Source: Eukaryota sp. GEM-RC1 (Eukaryota). From it: a stretch of 64,000 nucleotides of DNA. The translations under genes and the position numbers were made by a program. The stretch's first letter is position 1. Each line of letters opens with the position of its first letter. The stretch lies in NCBI GenBank assembly GCA_040285855.1, contig JAUFOQ010000005.1:1674001-1738000 (forward strand), read 5' to 3'. A model generated the notes under the pieces. That model was not told the origin of the DNA. It did not search any database and was given only the letters and a program-made list of their open reading frames with translations. Shown piece by piece: positions 26,353-37,978 of this stretch.

Positions 26353-29300
26353 ATGGTAAAAAAGAGGAATCTTACTACAGCTGCTCCTAAGAAAGGAGTT
26401 ACTAACCGCAGACAGCCAAGTAGGTCTGTCAAAAAGACCAGAGTATCGAAGAGCTCTGCCACCCCGATCGAAGTGCCTACTGAATCCTCAGTAGATGAAG
26501 AGGACTTTGTGTCCGAACTCTCCTCACCCGAGAGTCTCTCCTCACACGAGAGCCCATCTTCAAACGTTGATGGAAGTTCCTTGGCTTCTTCGGAAGCCGG
26601 CGAAACGACTGGTATAAGACCCTTGGGCTCTTCGGAGTCTGGCGGCAACCCTGGTCCTTTGGAGTCATCCATTGGACCAGAACAGGAAGATCCTCTTGGA
26701 ATCAAGAAGGTTCTGGAGAAATACGGAGTCCCCGTTATCTTTTCAGATACCACTAGTACTCCGGGAGACAATGTTGTGGGTAATGCTACTTCGTCTGTAG
26801 TTCAGCCAACATCATTGCCCTCTCATCATGTTTCTGATTCTTCCTTGTTAGTTAGTAGTTTATTAAATAAAGATAACGTTGATCCTTCAGTTCCTCTGTC
26901 TAGAGAGGTTGAAGAGAGCCTTAGGCAACTTCTAACAGTCCTAGCTCAGCATAAGACCAGGGCAGAAGAAGCAAAACGACAGCTTCTGGAGCAACAGCAA
27001 AAAAACAGCTAATCTTTCCATGACTGAGAGAGCTCTAGCTGTAGAACAACAAACCGGTTATGTGTCTAGACCTCATAGAGATGCAGTTCCCAACGATCTC
27101 ATCCCGTTTGTAAGTCCGTACGATCAGAGTGTCTCCATCTCTGACTACGACTTGTGGCATCTTGCCAAATTTGCTCCCTGGCATCCCACTTTGCGTCATA
27201 GAATGCCTGCTGGAAGACATTACTTGCTGAAAAATGTTCCTCCTGGCACGTCTCCTCAAGCCATAAAACAGTTTTTGGGTGACTTATATGATAGTAGAGC
27301 TGGTGATACTTATAGGTTTCCTTCCACCTACTCTTGGGATCCTAGACATGGTATCATCATTGAACCTTTAGTCCAGATATTCAGTGCTGATGGTCAGTCA
27401 GTTTCATATGAATACTCCGCCTGGTACTTACATTCGTTGAACAATAAACGCAAGTGATATCACAACGTTTCTGTAAGTACCGAATGGCTCCCTACTGGTC
27501 ATCAGTATAGTCATTTACCTGCGGCGACAAGAGTTCTGGATAGTTTGTCAACTTCACCACAAGATGTTGACTCTGTCCCTGTTCAACCTTTTTCTGGAAT
27601 TGGTGGTTCCCAATTGGTACTCCCATTAGCTTCTCAAGCTATGTGTGAAAAAGCTACATTTGCTCCGAACCTTTCTGATTTAAATGGCTTAGATAGTGTT
27701 CAAAGATTCTTCCCTGGTGAAGTTTACAGACCTGAGCAGGTTGATAGATTTACACACGGTCTTAGAGATGGTATCTCTACCCAAAATTTTGAAGCTCAAT
27801 TTGGTGGTGAAGAAAGATTCATCAGCTTAGAAGAACATGAAAGTGTTTATCGTAAGCCAGAAGGCTTTGCTAAAGGTTGTGATGAATCTATGTCCATGGC
27901 TCTCTCCTCAGAACAGCTTGCTCAAAATAGAAAAAATCATGTTGCTCACATGACCAGAAGTAGAAAAACTCCTAAACGATCAAATTCGATCGAGATAAGT
28001 GATCTGACTTCTCAATCAAAATCACCTTTGGCAGAACTTTCTGATGTCACTGACTCTATGTCTGAAGATAGCTCATCTGAAGACGAAGAACCGAACGTTT
28101 TGGCTGATACTCCCATCATTTTTGTCTGGTGTCCCTCAAAGAAAAGATCGAACAAAGAAAAAGTCCATTTCAAAGAAATCAAGACCCAGCTGCCTCAAAT
28201 CCGAGAGTCGCGAGGACATAATTAAGTTCATCCATGAATTTAGTTATTGGGCAATTCATGTCCGGAAACAATCAAATCGTAAAGACTTTGACACTCGTTT
28301 AGGTATCGCTCCAATCAATAAATTTGATCTCGTAAGACTCACTTTGTTAGAGATTGATCCTACTGGTGTTTCCGAATTCATTGATCGTCAATTGCTGAGT
28401 GACTGGAAGCTTCTAAATGTTCCAGGTCCAGATTCAAATATAACTGAAAAAGACCTTTGGTTCAGATTGGTTCTCCTGAGCCAATACACTTCTACTACTC
28501 AAGCTATGGGTGATCTGAAGAATCTTAGACTTAGTCAATCTAATGATCCATCCACTGTAATGAATCGGTACCTAAAGCTTGTTATCAACATTTTAAAATG
28601 TTCGACAGCCATTTCCCTAGGTACTGGTAGAACTTTTCTCCCAGCTAGCATCTCAGCCGACTTAGTGTTATGTACACTCAATCCTCAGAAAGAAATTGCT
28701 GCTCTAAACGATCTCCAAGTTAAGTGGGAACACACTTTAAAGAACAATGAACATTTGCTTCCTGAATTTTTGAGTGAAGTAAAGACAGCTTGGATCGATT
28801 ACAAGCGTTCGATGCCAACGACATCGTTTTCAAACTCTCAAAGAAGGTCTCGTGACCATTCCCGTGGAAATTCTCGTTTTCCTAGAAAGTCCTTCAACCA
28901 GAGGTACTCTAAACCCTCTGATGGTAAGTCCACTGATGTAGAATGTTTCAAATGTGGCAAAAAGGCCATTATGCTCCTGATTGTCGTAAATCTCAGGATA
29001 ATGCAAAGTCCAATAAGCGTAGGTCTGGTGATAGTCGTCCTGATAGTCGTTCTCGTAGTTTTAAAAATCATAAATCTCCTAGATACATTTTCAAAATTGA
29101 TAATGCACAACATAATTCAAACAAAAACACTACACCACTCAAATACACTAACCCTTTGGCTACTTTGATCACACAATCAAGTATGGGTAAAAGTGTTTCA
29201 TCAGTTGAAACAATTCGTAGTCTCAACCAGAACCTAGGGTTCGAAACTAAAGGTAACGGTCCTTTATGTATTCGATTGTTAATCAACAATGTACCAGTAG

Positions 29301-32300
29301 TAGGAGAATTTGACTCAGCAGCATCATGTTCAGTAATTTCTCAAGATTTGATACGCTACTGTGAGATGACAACAACTGATAGTTGTATTGAATACATCTC
29401 AGCGAATAATATTCGTGCTACTTCCTTAGGTAGTGCAATTGGTGTTCTGACGTTCAACGTTGGCAGCTTGGCCAACCAGATTCATGTTAAGCATACTCTA
29501 CCTGTAGTTCCTGGAACGAAAATTCTCCTCATTGGTAGAGATTTGCAAGAAGAACTGGGGTTGCTTTCGGATGATGGTCTAGTCATTAGATTAGATAAAG
29601 AACATCGCACTATTCTCAATGCAGAGAGTGAATTTGATGAGAGAATGAGGTCTCCATCAATTTCGATTAATAGAGTTCAATCAAAATGTTCAATAAATCA
29701 ACATTCAACACATTTTCCTATTGATCAGTACGGTAACACTCAATTAGATATAAATCTGTTTGAAGAAACCATTGACAACTCTGGTTGCACGATAGAATTG
29801 GATGATCCTACAAGAAGAACGGAGCTTCTGAGCCTACTCAGTAAATACAAACAAGTCTTTTCAGAACACATACATCCTGATGGTATTGATTGTCCACCCA
29901 TGACAATTCCATTTTATGATGAATCTGTCACTGTATTACGCCCTCCTAGAAGGCTTAACCCTGAAAAACAGCGAATAGCCGAAGAAATTTTTAATGAACT
30001 TATACGACAAGGATGGGCCGTACCATCAACTGGTAAGTTCAGTAGTCCCATAGTCTTGGTGGTATATAATGATCACCGTAAGCCTCGTTTAACTGGAGAT
30101 TTCAGTGGACCTGATGGGATTAATGCTAATACCAGACCGGTGAAACCAAATTTACCACGGATCTGTGATGTTCTAGAGTTCCTTTCGAAAGCTAATTTCA
30201 TTGGAACACTTGACCTTCCTAAAGCATTCTGGCAGCTAAATGTAGCTGAAGAAGATGTCGAGAAGACCAGTGTGTCTATACCTGGAATGTCAATTAGCTT
30301 TAAACGAGCATGTTTTGGATTGAAAAACGTACCAGCAATCTTTCAAAACATCATGATGGAAATTTTCAATGTCGAAGGTGTTTTCATTTATATTGATGAT
30401 ATAATTGTTGTAGGCAATACCTTTGAAGAGTTTATTTCAAGAATAAATCTAGTACTGGAACGAGCAGAACGTTTTAGAGTACGGATTGGATTGAAGAAGT
30501 GTAGGTTCACCACTTCTAGACATCCTAATAAGATTCTGGGCAGCAACTTTTGTAATAAAACCCGTTGCATAGATGATAAAAGAGTTTCGGCGTTGATTGA
30601 GTTACCTGCTCCTTCAACTTTACCTGAAGTTAGAAGTTTACTTGGTGCTTTAAATTATGTTCGTGAATGGATTCCAAACTACTCGAACTTGACTGCATCA
30701 ATCAATGAACTGACTCGTGGTAAACCCAAGAGAATTGCTTGGACAAAAGACCATGATGCTTTATTAGACAAAATTAAAACTGAAATAATAAACCATATGG
30801 CTTTAGACTTACCTGATACTGATAAGAACATTATCATATCAACTGATGCATCCGACATTGCTGTTGGTGGTGTGATCTGGCAGGAAGAAAATCCTCCAGC
30901 TCCTCCAGGAACTCCGTTAGAAGAACGTAGAGTTAGACCTGTATCGTTTTATAGCCGTTTACTCAATGATAGTCAACAGAATTGGGCAGCTATCCAGAAA
31001 GAGCTGTATGCCATTCTCTTGATTCTGACCGAATCTAGTTTAGAAGGTTTCCTATTAAGTAGGCATTTGACGATCTTTACAGATCATAGGAACCTTGCTT
31101 ATCTGATTTCAGCTCCAGAGAAGAATCGTATTGTCAAATGATGGATTCCAATTTTCTCGGAGTTTGATTTTGAGATAGAGCATGTAGCTGGTACAAACAA
31201 TCAATGGGCTGACATGTTATCACGTGTCATTGACCGTCGCCCAGTTGAAACAATCAAATCTCTGTTGATCTCAAATCATACCATCAGAAATGATATAATT
31301 CTTTCTCACGAAGGGTTAATCTATGATGAAGCTGATTACGTTGAGATGCTTCCTTGTAACACCAACATACTAGCTATCAAGAGTCTACAAGACCTCTCAA
31401 CATACAATAAATTGCCTTTATTTGATTCTTGGTTATCAACCATTCGAGCTGAACAACATAAAGCTATCAATGAAGGAGATCAAATGTTTCAGGATTCAAC
31501 ACTGTGTACTATGAGCAATGTATACATCAACTCCAAGAACAAGATTTTGATTCCATCTAGTTTGAGAACGAAAGTTCTTTACATGCTACATGGATTAGTC
31601 CAGTCAGGACATCCAAACAAGAAACGAAGTTTGGAAATATTGTTCAATAGTGGTTACTTTTGGCCAAGTATGAAAGCTGACATGGTCAAACATGTTAAGC
31701 AATGCCCTGCGTGTCAGAAAACGGCACCTGTCCCTAAAAAGATAATTGAATCGACGGGTTCTCTATGGGCTGATAGACCTTTTGCTAGACTTAATGTCGA
31801 CACAATTGGTCCACTTCCAAAAGATCAAAATGGAAACCAATTCCTATTGGTGTTTGTAGATTCTTTCACCAGATACACCATTTTGAGCCCCCTCGAAGAA
31901 CTTAACAGTAGAGAAGTAGCATATCGTCTTGTGTGGGATGTGATTGCTATCTTTGGAATACCGTTTTGTATCCATAGTGATAATGGTACCGAGTTTGCCA
32001 ATGCTATTTTCGAGGCAATATGTAACCTACTGGCGATTGAAGTAAGTCGTTCGATTCCTCATTTCTCCCAGAGTAATGGACTGGTGGAACGACGTCACAG
32101 AGACGTTCTGCAAAGCCTACGTCGTCTTCTTGTGGACTTCAATGATTATGACAATTGGTCAACGTACATTCCAACTGTACAATTGCAAATCAACGCAACG
32201 AATAGTTCTGTGACTGGGCACTCACCTTATGAATTGATGTTTGGTAGTGACATAAGTCCTGGTGCAGATCCTAGTAATTTACTAGCTGCTGTTGAGAAAT

Positions 32301-32959
32301 CCACAAAGAATGTTCCGTTTATTAACGACATTAAAATGAAACTGGATCGTCTTACTAAAAAGAGAGAAGAGGCAGAGGTTCGTCAATCGAGACTCAAGCC
32401 AAAGAAGAAGTCTGGCCCCAGTCAATCATTCAATGTTGGAGACCTTGTTTTAAAAGCATCCAAAACTAGTAAGCTTCATGGTAATTACACTGGACCTTAT
32501 TTAGTTGTCTCAATTGATTCGAAATCGTCAGTTTCCTTAAAGAATCTGATCACTGGATATGTTAGTAAAACTAGCATTCATCAATGTAAGATCTTTCAAT
32601 CAGATCTACCTGCTGATCATGATCTCCACAGAGCAATTGCTTCTGGGGATTCTGAAGAACACATCGTGGTTAAGATCCTAGATAGGTTCAATACACCCGA
32701 TGGTGAACATTGTACTGTTCTTTGGTTTGGTGGTGATACTTCATCAGTTCCCACCAAGGACATCAAGAACACCAAGGCGTACAGTGAATTTGTAAAATTA
32801 GAAAATGTAGATTTATTTTGTAATAGTAGAAACGTAGCTAAGAGTAAACCCACTAAGCTTAAACGTACCTCAAGTAGTATGAGTATTCCAAAGTCATCGT
32901 CTGTAGTTAAGACACCTGTAGCTAAGAGGACAAGGAGCTCAAGAAGAGAGAAGAGGTAA
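26353..32959 (+). pseudogene. gag-pol: gag-pol polyprotein interrupted by 3 frameshifts (~27005, ~28110, ~28960) and 2 in-frame TGA codons (27455, 31139)
   Basis: CFKCGK(K)GHYAPDC knuckle, protease FDSAAS, RT LDLPKAFWQ and YIDDII, RNase H STDAS..ELYAI..TDHRNL, integrase H-H-C-C with VDTIGP, SDNGTEF and GLVERRH, GPY motif, degenerate chromo-like EEHIVVKILDR...VLWFG. Confidence 0.93.
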
Positions 32960-33050
32960 TGTTAGCCACAGGTGTTAGTGAAGTGTTACTAGTACGTATA
33001 ATTTGATTTATAAACACCCTTTACCTTCCCCTTTGCACCTTTAGGTATTA
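32960..33050 (+). repeat. 3' LTR of element B
   Basis: Identical to the 5' LTR, directly after the pol stop codon and PPT. Confidence 0.95.
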
Positions 33051-33699
33051 CTTTGTTATATTGGAAGTGCTGCTGAAAGTTTCTTTGATGTCTTTTGAAA
33101 ACTGTATCGTGAACAAAGGAACAAATTTTATGTCTTCAATCAAAATGTCTTGACCTGACTTGTAATTCCAGTGGATCAACTGTTATGTTTTATTGTTGAA
33201 TTAAATACTGTTGAATGATTTGTTATGTTTGGACTCAAAAAAAGTGAACGAATACCTTTTAAATCTTTCCATCCAAAACTGGATTCTAAATATGCACTCA
33301 GACAAACAAGTGCTTGAGCATTGAAAATTCGCAAACAGTGAGAGTCTTACTACCGGAAGATTGTAGATCCGTAAATTATTCTCTTTATGTCTTTGAACTA
33401 CAGAACATGGACTGTGAGCAGGCCTAGTCGGAGTTATCGTGACCTCAGTGGGAACGTATCCTAACCTGATCATATTCTAACTCTGTAACAGCCTTACCAA
33501 TAGAGATTCTAAGCCACAATTGTTTTGAAAATTTCAATTTGTTCTATTGTCAATTTTGTTGTAGTACCCGTGAAATGCTTTCTCTGTTTTATATTGGGAG
33601 GTATTTTTGTGTATATAGCAAATCAGAATGAGAAGTAGAGCTGATTGGTTTATAAGTTTCTTCTTTCTTCAGCTTTCCATAACGAATTGCTCCAAAAAT

Positions 33700-33960
33700 G
33701 AAATCCGAACGTGTAATCATCCTGATGAACATGTACATGTACAATCTTCAGAATTGTCTAACATTGTGATCAACTATTATGATACAAGTACTAGTATTAG
33801 TGACGTAACATTTTGGTTCATCTTCTTATTTTGCCGTAATAAACAGGCTTATCGTTATACCGCTGGGACAGCACCTGCAATTCTTATTTGACAAATTTAG
33901 TGTGTTTCTCAGAAAACACTGAGTGAAGCTCACGATTACTGATTCGGTCGTTCGGTTAAG
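33700..33960 (+). pseudogene. Possible heavily decayed protein-kinase fragment within the repeat unit
   Basis: Broken frames give VIILMNMY..NL, QFLFDK and (in sister copies) KLKITD followed by a frameshifted G, reminiscent of kinase subdomains V-VII. Weak. Confidence 0.3.
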
Positions 33961-36401
33961 TTTGACAAAATTCTGAAGGCCATCTTCTTTCATATCTCAT
34001 CATTGTAACCGAAGTGTAGAAGAAAGAAGGAATGTAGTGAGGAGATTATGGTCAGAATCCAGATGCTAATGTGGTTGACCATGAGGACTATAATAAACCA
34101 AATGTCATAACAGATAATCTCGTTCAATCTGCCAACAAACTACTAACAGGACTAAAACTACGCGTTGATTTATTACGGTGATTTGGCTGGTTCTGGATTT
34201 TCTACATTTAATTGTTTCACAGATTCACAACAAGTTGGGTTCAATCAACTCATGGAAAATTGATGAATAATTTGGGTCTGCCTTAATTATTTAATTATAC
34301 TACTTCGAAATTATTACTCAGTTTCAAAACATCTGTTAAGGCTCCAGTACCTTCATTGGCAGAAGAGTTTTTATCTAAACCAAATTTTGTAATTGTTTTA
34401 GACATGGTTTTTGACCTTAAAGCATAAAAAATATGTATAATAGAAATATTCACTTTCAATGTTCTGTCAAGGCTGTAACACCATCGTCTTCAATAGAGTT
34501 GTCATACAGATGAATCTACTATTGACTTTCAATGCATCTGCCAAAGTTCTGGCACTTCAATCTAAAGACGTGGAAGATAAAAGGAAGACTTGTCATAAAA
34601 CTGCAAGTCATTGTGATAGTCCAAATTCGACTTCCTGAAATTATAATTGAGAAACTGTGGGGGTCCGGTCTACGTTTAAAAAAAGAGACTGTAGATCTGC
34701 TCTGTAGAAGGCAGCAGAAGAACAAAGTTGAGAAAGAGTTGACATTAAACATGTTTGTTTCCAAAAACCACATTGGTTCAGAGTACATCAAATAGAACGT
34801 ATTACGAACTACACAACACTGAAATGAACGACTCCCAAGACAGAATTAATAAATTAAAGACTAACAACACAACTAAGCGGAAACTAAACATGGGGCCAAT
34901 TGCAGAACATACAGAAGTGCTAATAAGTTGGCCGCCATGAACAAGCAATTGGTGATGGGGAACTATTTTGGTGCTCTGTTTGCAAAAAATGACGACATCA
35001 GTCAGTCCTCGTTTTCTTCCAGTGTGTTAGTGTTGATGATCCACAATACATTTAAATACAAATATCAGAGATTGATGTTATTAACTGTCGATTAGCGGTA
35101 CAACTATTATCTTCTATAAAACAAACAACACATATCGTGCAAATTGAGAAACTCGTTTGTTCTTTTCATTCTCATTCCAGTATTCATTGGGCTACAAACA
35201 TGTCCGTCATATATTTCAGCAGGTCCCAGATTGATAATGAACTGAGCTGGGCTCATAATGAAGTCATTCCTAGGCTTCATGACTTCAGCTGACTTCCTTG
35301 GTAGAACTGAAATCCAACTCAACTGATAATACAACAGAAATAAATCAGAAAAGATTGGTTACTTTGTTAGTGAAGGAACGTCCGAAAAAGAATGGTACCA
35401 CCAAAATAGTGATGACGTCATCAACAACACTACTGAGAATTTTCTTAAAAGAACACACTAAAATAACAAATTTGTCCCATCACAAAAACAAAAACTGATA
35501 CATAAGAAACTCAACAGCAGCTAGAAAAAGGACGAATTGTAATAATGAAAGGTATGTAAACATCGTAGAACTTCTTTGGAAGAATCTTAAAGAATATCTA
35601 GGTTGGGGCAAATGAAGAGCATGTACGTGACTCAGAATAAGTTAGAACACAACTAACAGCAAACATTGATTGAGAATATGAACTTCTTTAACAGAAGTAC
35701 AGTAGGAAAATAAAGACACGTACATTGAGACCAGGACTGATTGTAAGAAACTACAGTACATTGCAAACTATACTATACTAATTAGAAGTGTGGACAAGGG
35801 AAGAGGGGAGATGAAAGAACTAGCGATGGAGAATACAAATGGAAGAGACTACGATGTCAGGAGATGTACAGGGAGAAACCACATCGTTTACTGCCAATCG
35901 AACCAGCGGTACGCCAGGAACCTAAAATCCTGTATGTGAAAACCAAGGAACTGATCGAATTGTTTCGTTGAACTCGTAAGTCTTTTTTCAAGAAAAAGTA
36001 AGAGTTCCACGCGAGAAGTTGACTTAGATCAGTCGAAGGAAACTATTGGAAGACGGGCGATATAAAGAGGGGATACAGAACATGGGTTGGTTAATCTTTA
36101 AAAAGGTTTAAAGGGTAATGTCTGCTACATCATACGAAAGAATGCCTGAAAACCTCAAATTGAACCCACAAGGGGTGTAACACACAAGCAGGCCATAAAC
36201 CAAAGAAACTGCTCAACAAAAAGAAGAATGAATCTGTGAATACATAACGGAATTTTAGTAGGTGTGAAACTGCAGGGAGAGAAGAAGCAGATAAGGATGT
36301 AACAGTGAATTTCATTTCGGCCGCATATTGACAATGAAATTCTCTTTCCCCCAAATCTCTTTCCCCCCAAAAAACATTTTACATCTCCTGTCCCTTTTGA
36401 C

Positions 36402-37525
36402 ATGCCTTACTCCTTCGATATGATGTTTAGTTCCGATTACGACTTTAGAACGCTCACTGTACGCGCATCGGAAGACACTAAAGTTCGCGCTGTATGGACT
36501 TACTTTTTCTCGAGAAAACACAACAGGAAGTGGCTGAATTTTATCTTGTCAGTCAATCAACTGTCAGTAGATGGATTGTCGAAGCCTTTGAAGATAAGGA
36601 TGACAAGGGGAACACTTCTGACCTCTACCGGGGTAAATTGCAGCCTGAGGACATTACTTTTATACAGCAAGTTCTGGAAACAGATCCTCTGTTATACCTT
36701 AGGGAGATTGTTAGTTTAGTAAAACGCTTTTGTAACAAAACAGTATCTATTTCTTGTATACATAGATCACTCGTTAAGATAGGCTATTCACACAAGCGGT
36801 GTAAAATGCTGGTCAAACGGGCAAAACAACAGTTGATCCAAAATTTTGAAGTAAAGCTAGCTCAATCAGTTGGTTTCATCTTGCAATACCAACTGGTATT
36901 TGTTGATGAAGTTAGCCTTAGGGGTGAAGACTTTGTACGAAGTTGTGGCTGGTCTCCTAGAGGTGTCCCCATTTCATCTGAAACAAAACTAATAGAACAG
37001 AGTCAAATTGGTACATGTGTTGCAATTGGTAGAGATGGTTACTTACACAGCCATATCAAATCTGGCCATTTCAACCGTCATGAATTTGTTCTATTTTTAC
37101 AAGACTTGTTAAGAACCAATATTTTGAATTCATGTGGCAGAACCAACAGTATCATTATTCTTGACGGATGTAGAATTCACAATCACATTGATATTTTTGA
37201 GGGACTAAGGAAGGCAGGTGTTAAATACTTCATTTTACCACCATACTGCCCTGAGCAGAATCCAATTGAAAATTTTTTCAAGATTTTAAAATCAAAACTG
37301 CAAGACTATTCTCGCCATTTTCCAGGAATTGGAGAATTTCAATTACTTCATTATGTACTTTACCACAAAATGAGATTTGACTGTTCTAAACTCTTTAAAA
37401 ATGCAGGTTATGAGAATTACAAATTCTATAAATCCCCTTACTTAGTAAAGAAAGAACTTCAGCCTTTTGTTTCACCAGCTTGCTCACCCAGATCCACCTG
37501 TAGACGTAGATTACGAATGAATTAG
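36402..37525 (+). CDS. DD34E transposase (IS630/Tc1/mariner superfamily); the N-terminus probably starts at 36402 with a 1-nt frameshift in the T-run at ~36505
   Basis: HTH TQQEVAEFYLVSQSTVSRWI, then VFVDE, IILDGCRIH and LPPYCPEQNPIE, with 34 residues between the second D and E. Confidence 0.93.
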
Positions 37526-37597
37526 ATTTTAAATTACTTTATTTCAAAAAATAGTAAAAAATAGTAAAAAACTAATAAAAATAAGATTAAGGGGTGT

Positions 37598-37893
37598 TTA
37601 TGGTGGTACCTCCCTTCCACCATGATTGATATCACCGGCATTAGTACATCTCCTCAGTTGAGGAATTGCAGCTGCGTTTAAGTTTGCTCTGCTACTACTC
37701 CTGACCCTAGCGTTGCGGATTCTCGGTGCCATCATCATAGTTACATTGTTAATCGTATCATTAACCAACGATACTATCTGCTCAATACCTCACACACAGA
37801 ACCAGGAAGTTCATCCAAAGAGGGAAGGAACTCATTTGGATCGCTTGGGATGTCTAATGGGGCAATGGGATCAGGAATTTGAGGTTGTGACAT
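37598..37893 (-). CDS. Candidate ~98-aa accessory ORF inside the Tc1-like element (needs one frameshift at ~37790)
   Basis: MSQPQIPDPIAPLDIPSDPNEFLPSLDELPGSV, then a frameshift, then GIEQIVSLVNDTINNVTMMMAPRIRNARVRSSSRANLNAAAIPQLRRC...PP*. The ATG abuts the inner TIR motif, and an A-rich tract separates it from the transposase stop. Confidence 0.5.
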
Positions 37894-37978
37894 TGGGGGA
37901 AAGAGATTATAGAAATTCAGGAATTATGCACAAGAACTGAAAAGCACTGAAGAGTTTGGTTGGCATTATTTTACCTCA

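Larger units (their letters stand above)
26247..33050 (+). mobile_element. Full-length Ty3/Gypsy LTR retrotransposon (element B), chromovirus-like domain order
   Basis: Identical 91-bp LTRs, 4-bp TSD CTTT (26243-26246, 33051-33054), polypurine tract 32941-32956, order gag-PR-RT-RH-IN. Empty site at ~16985. Confidence 0.96.
36303..37949 (+). mobile_element. Tc1/IS630-like DNA transposon (1647 bp) with imperfect TIRs and two convergent ORFs
   Basis: Ends CAGTG...CACTG, 18 of the 25 terminal bases match as an inverted repeat, plus an inner inverted TCTCTTTCCCCCAA. Flanked by AA/AA. Empty site GGATGTAAGAGT on the minus strand at ~8671-8682. Confidence 0.85.

Noticed and set aside
28943..28975. 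Programmed -1 gag/pol frameshift
   Set aside because: The shift falls in the middle of the zinc knuckle in an A5 run with no full slippery heptamer. A 1-nt loss is simpler.
27455..31141. UGA recoding or alternative genetic code
   Set aside because: The host ORF 50210-51196 ends in TGA and TGG is used for Trp. A point mutation from CGA explains the RNase H stop.
35700..36300. Gene or ncRNA upstream of the NTPase
   Set aside because: Every frame I translated has stops and I could not support a conserved structure. Similarity among copies reflects recent duplication.
36303..37949. Fanzor/TnpB RNA-guided nuclease beside the IS630-like transposase
   Set aside because: No RuvC D-E-D or CxxC zinc-finger ORF. 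The NLNAAAI string is in a ~98-aa ORF, far too short.
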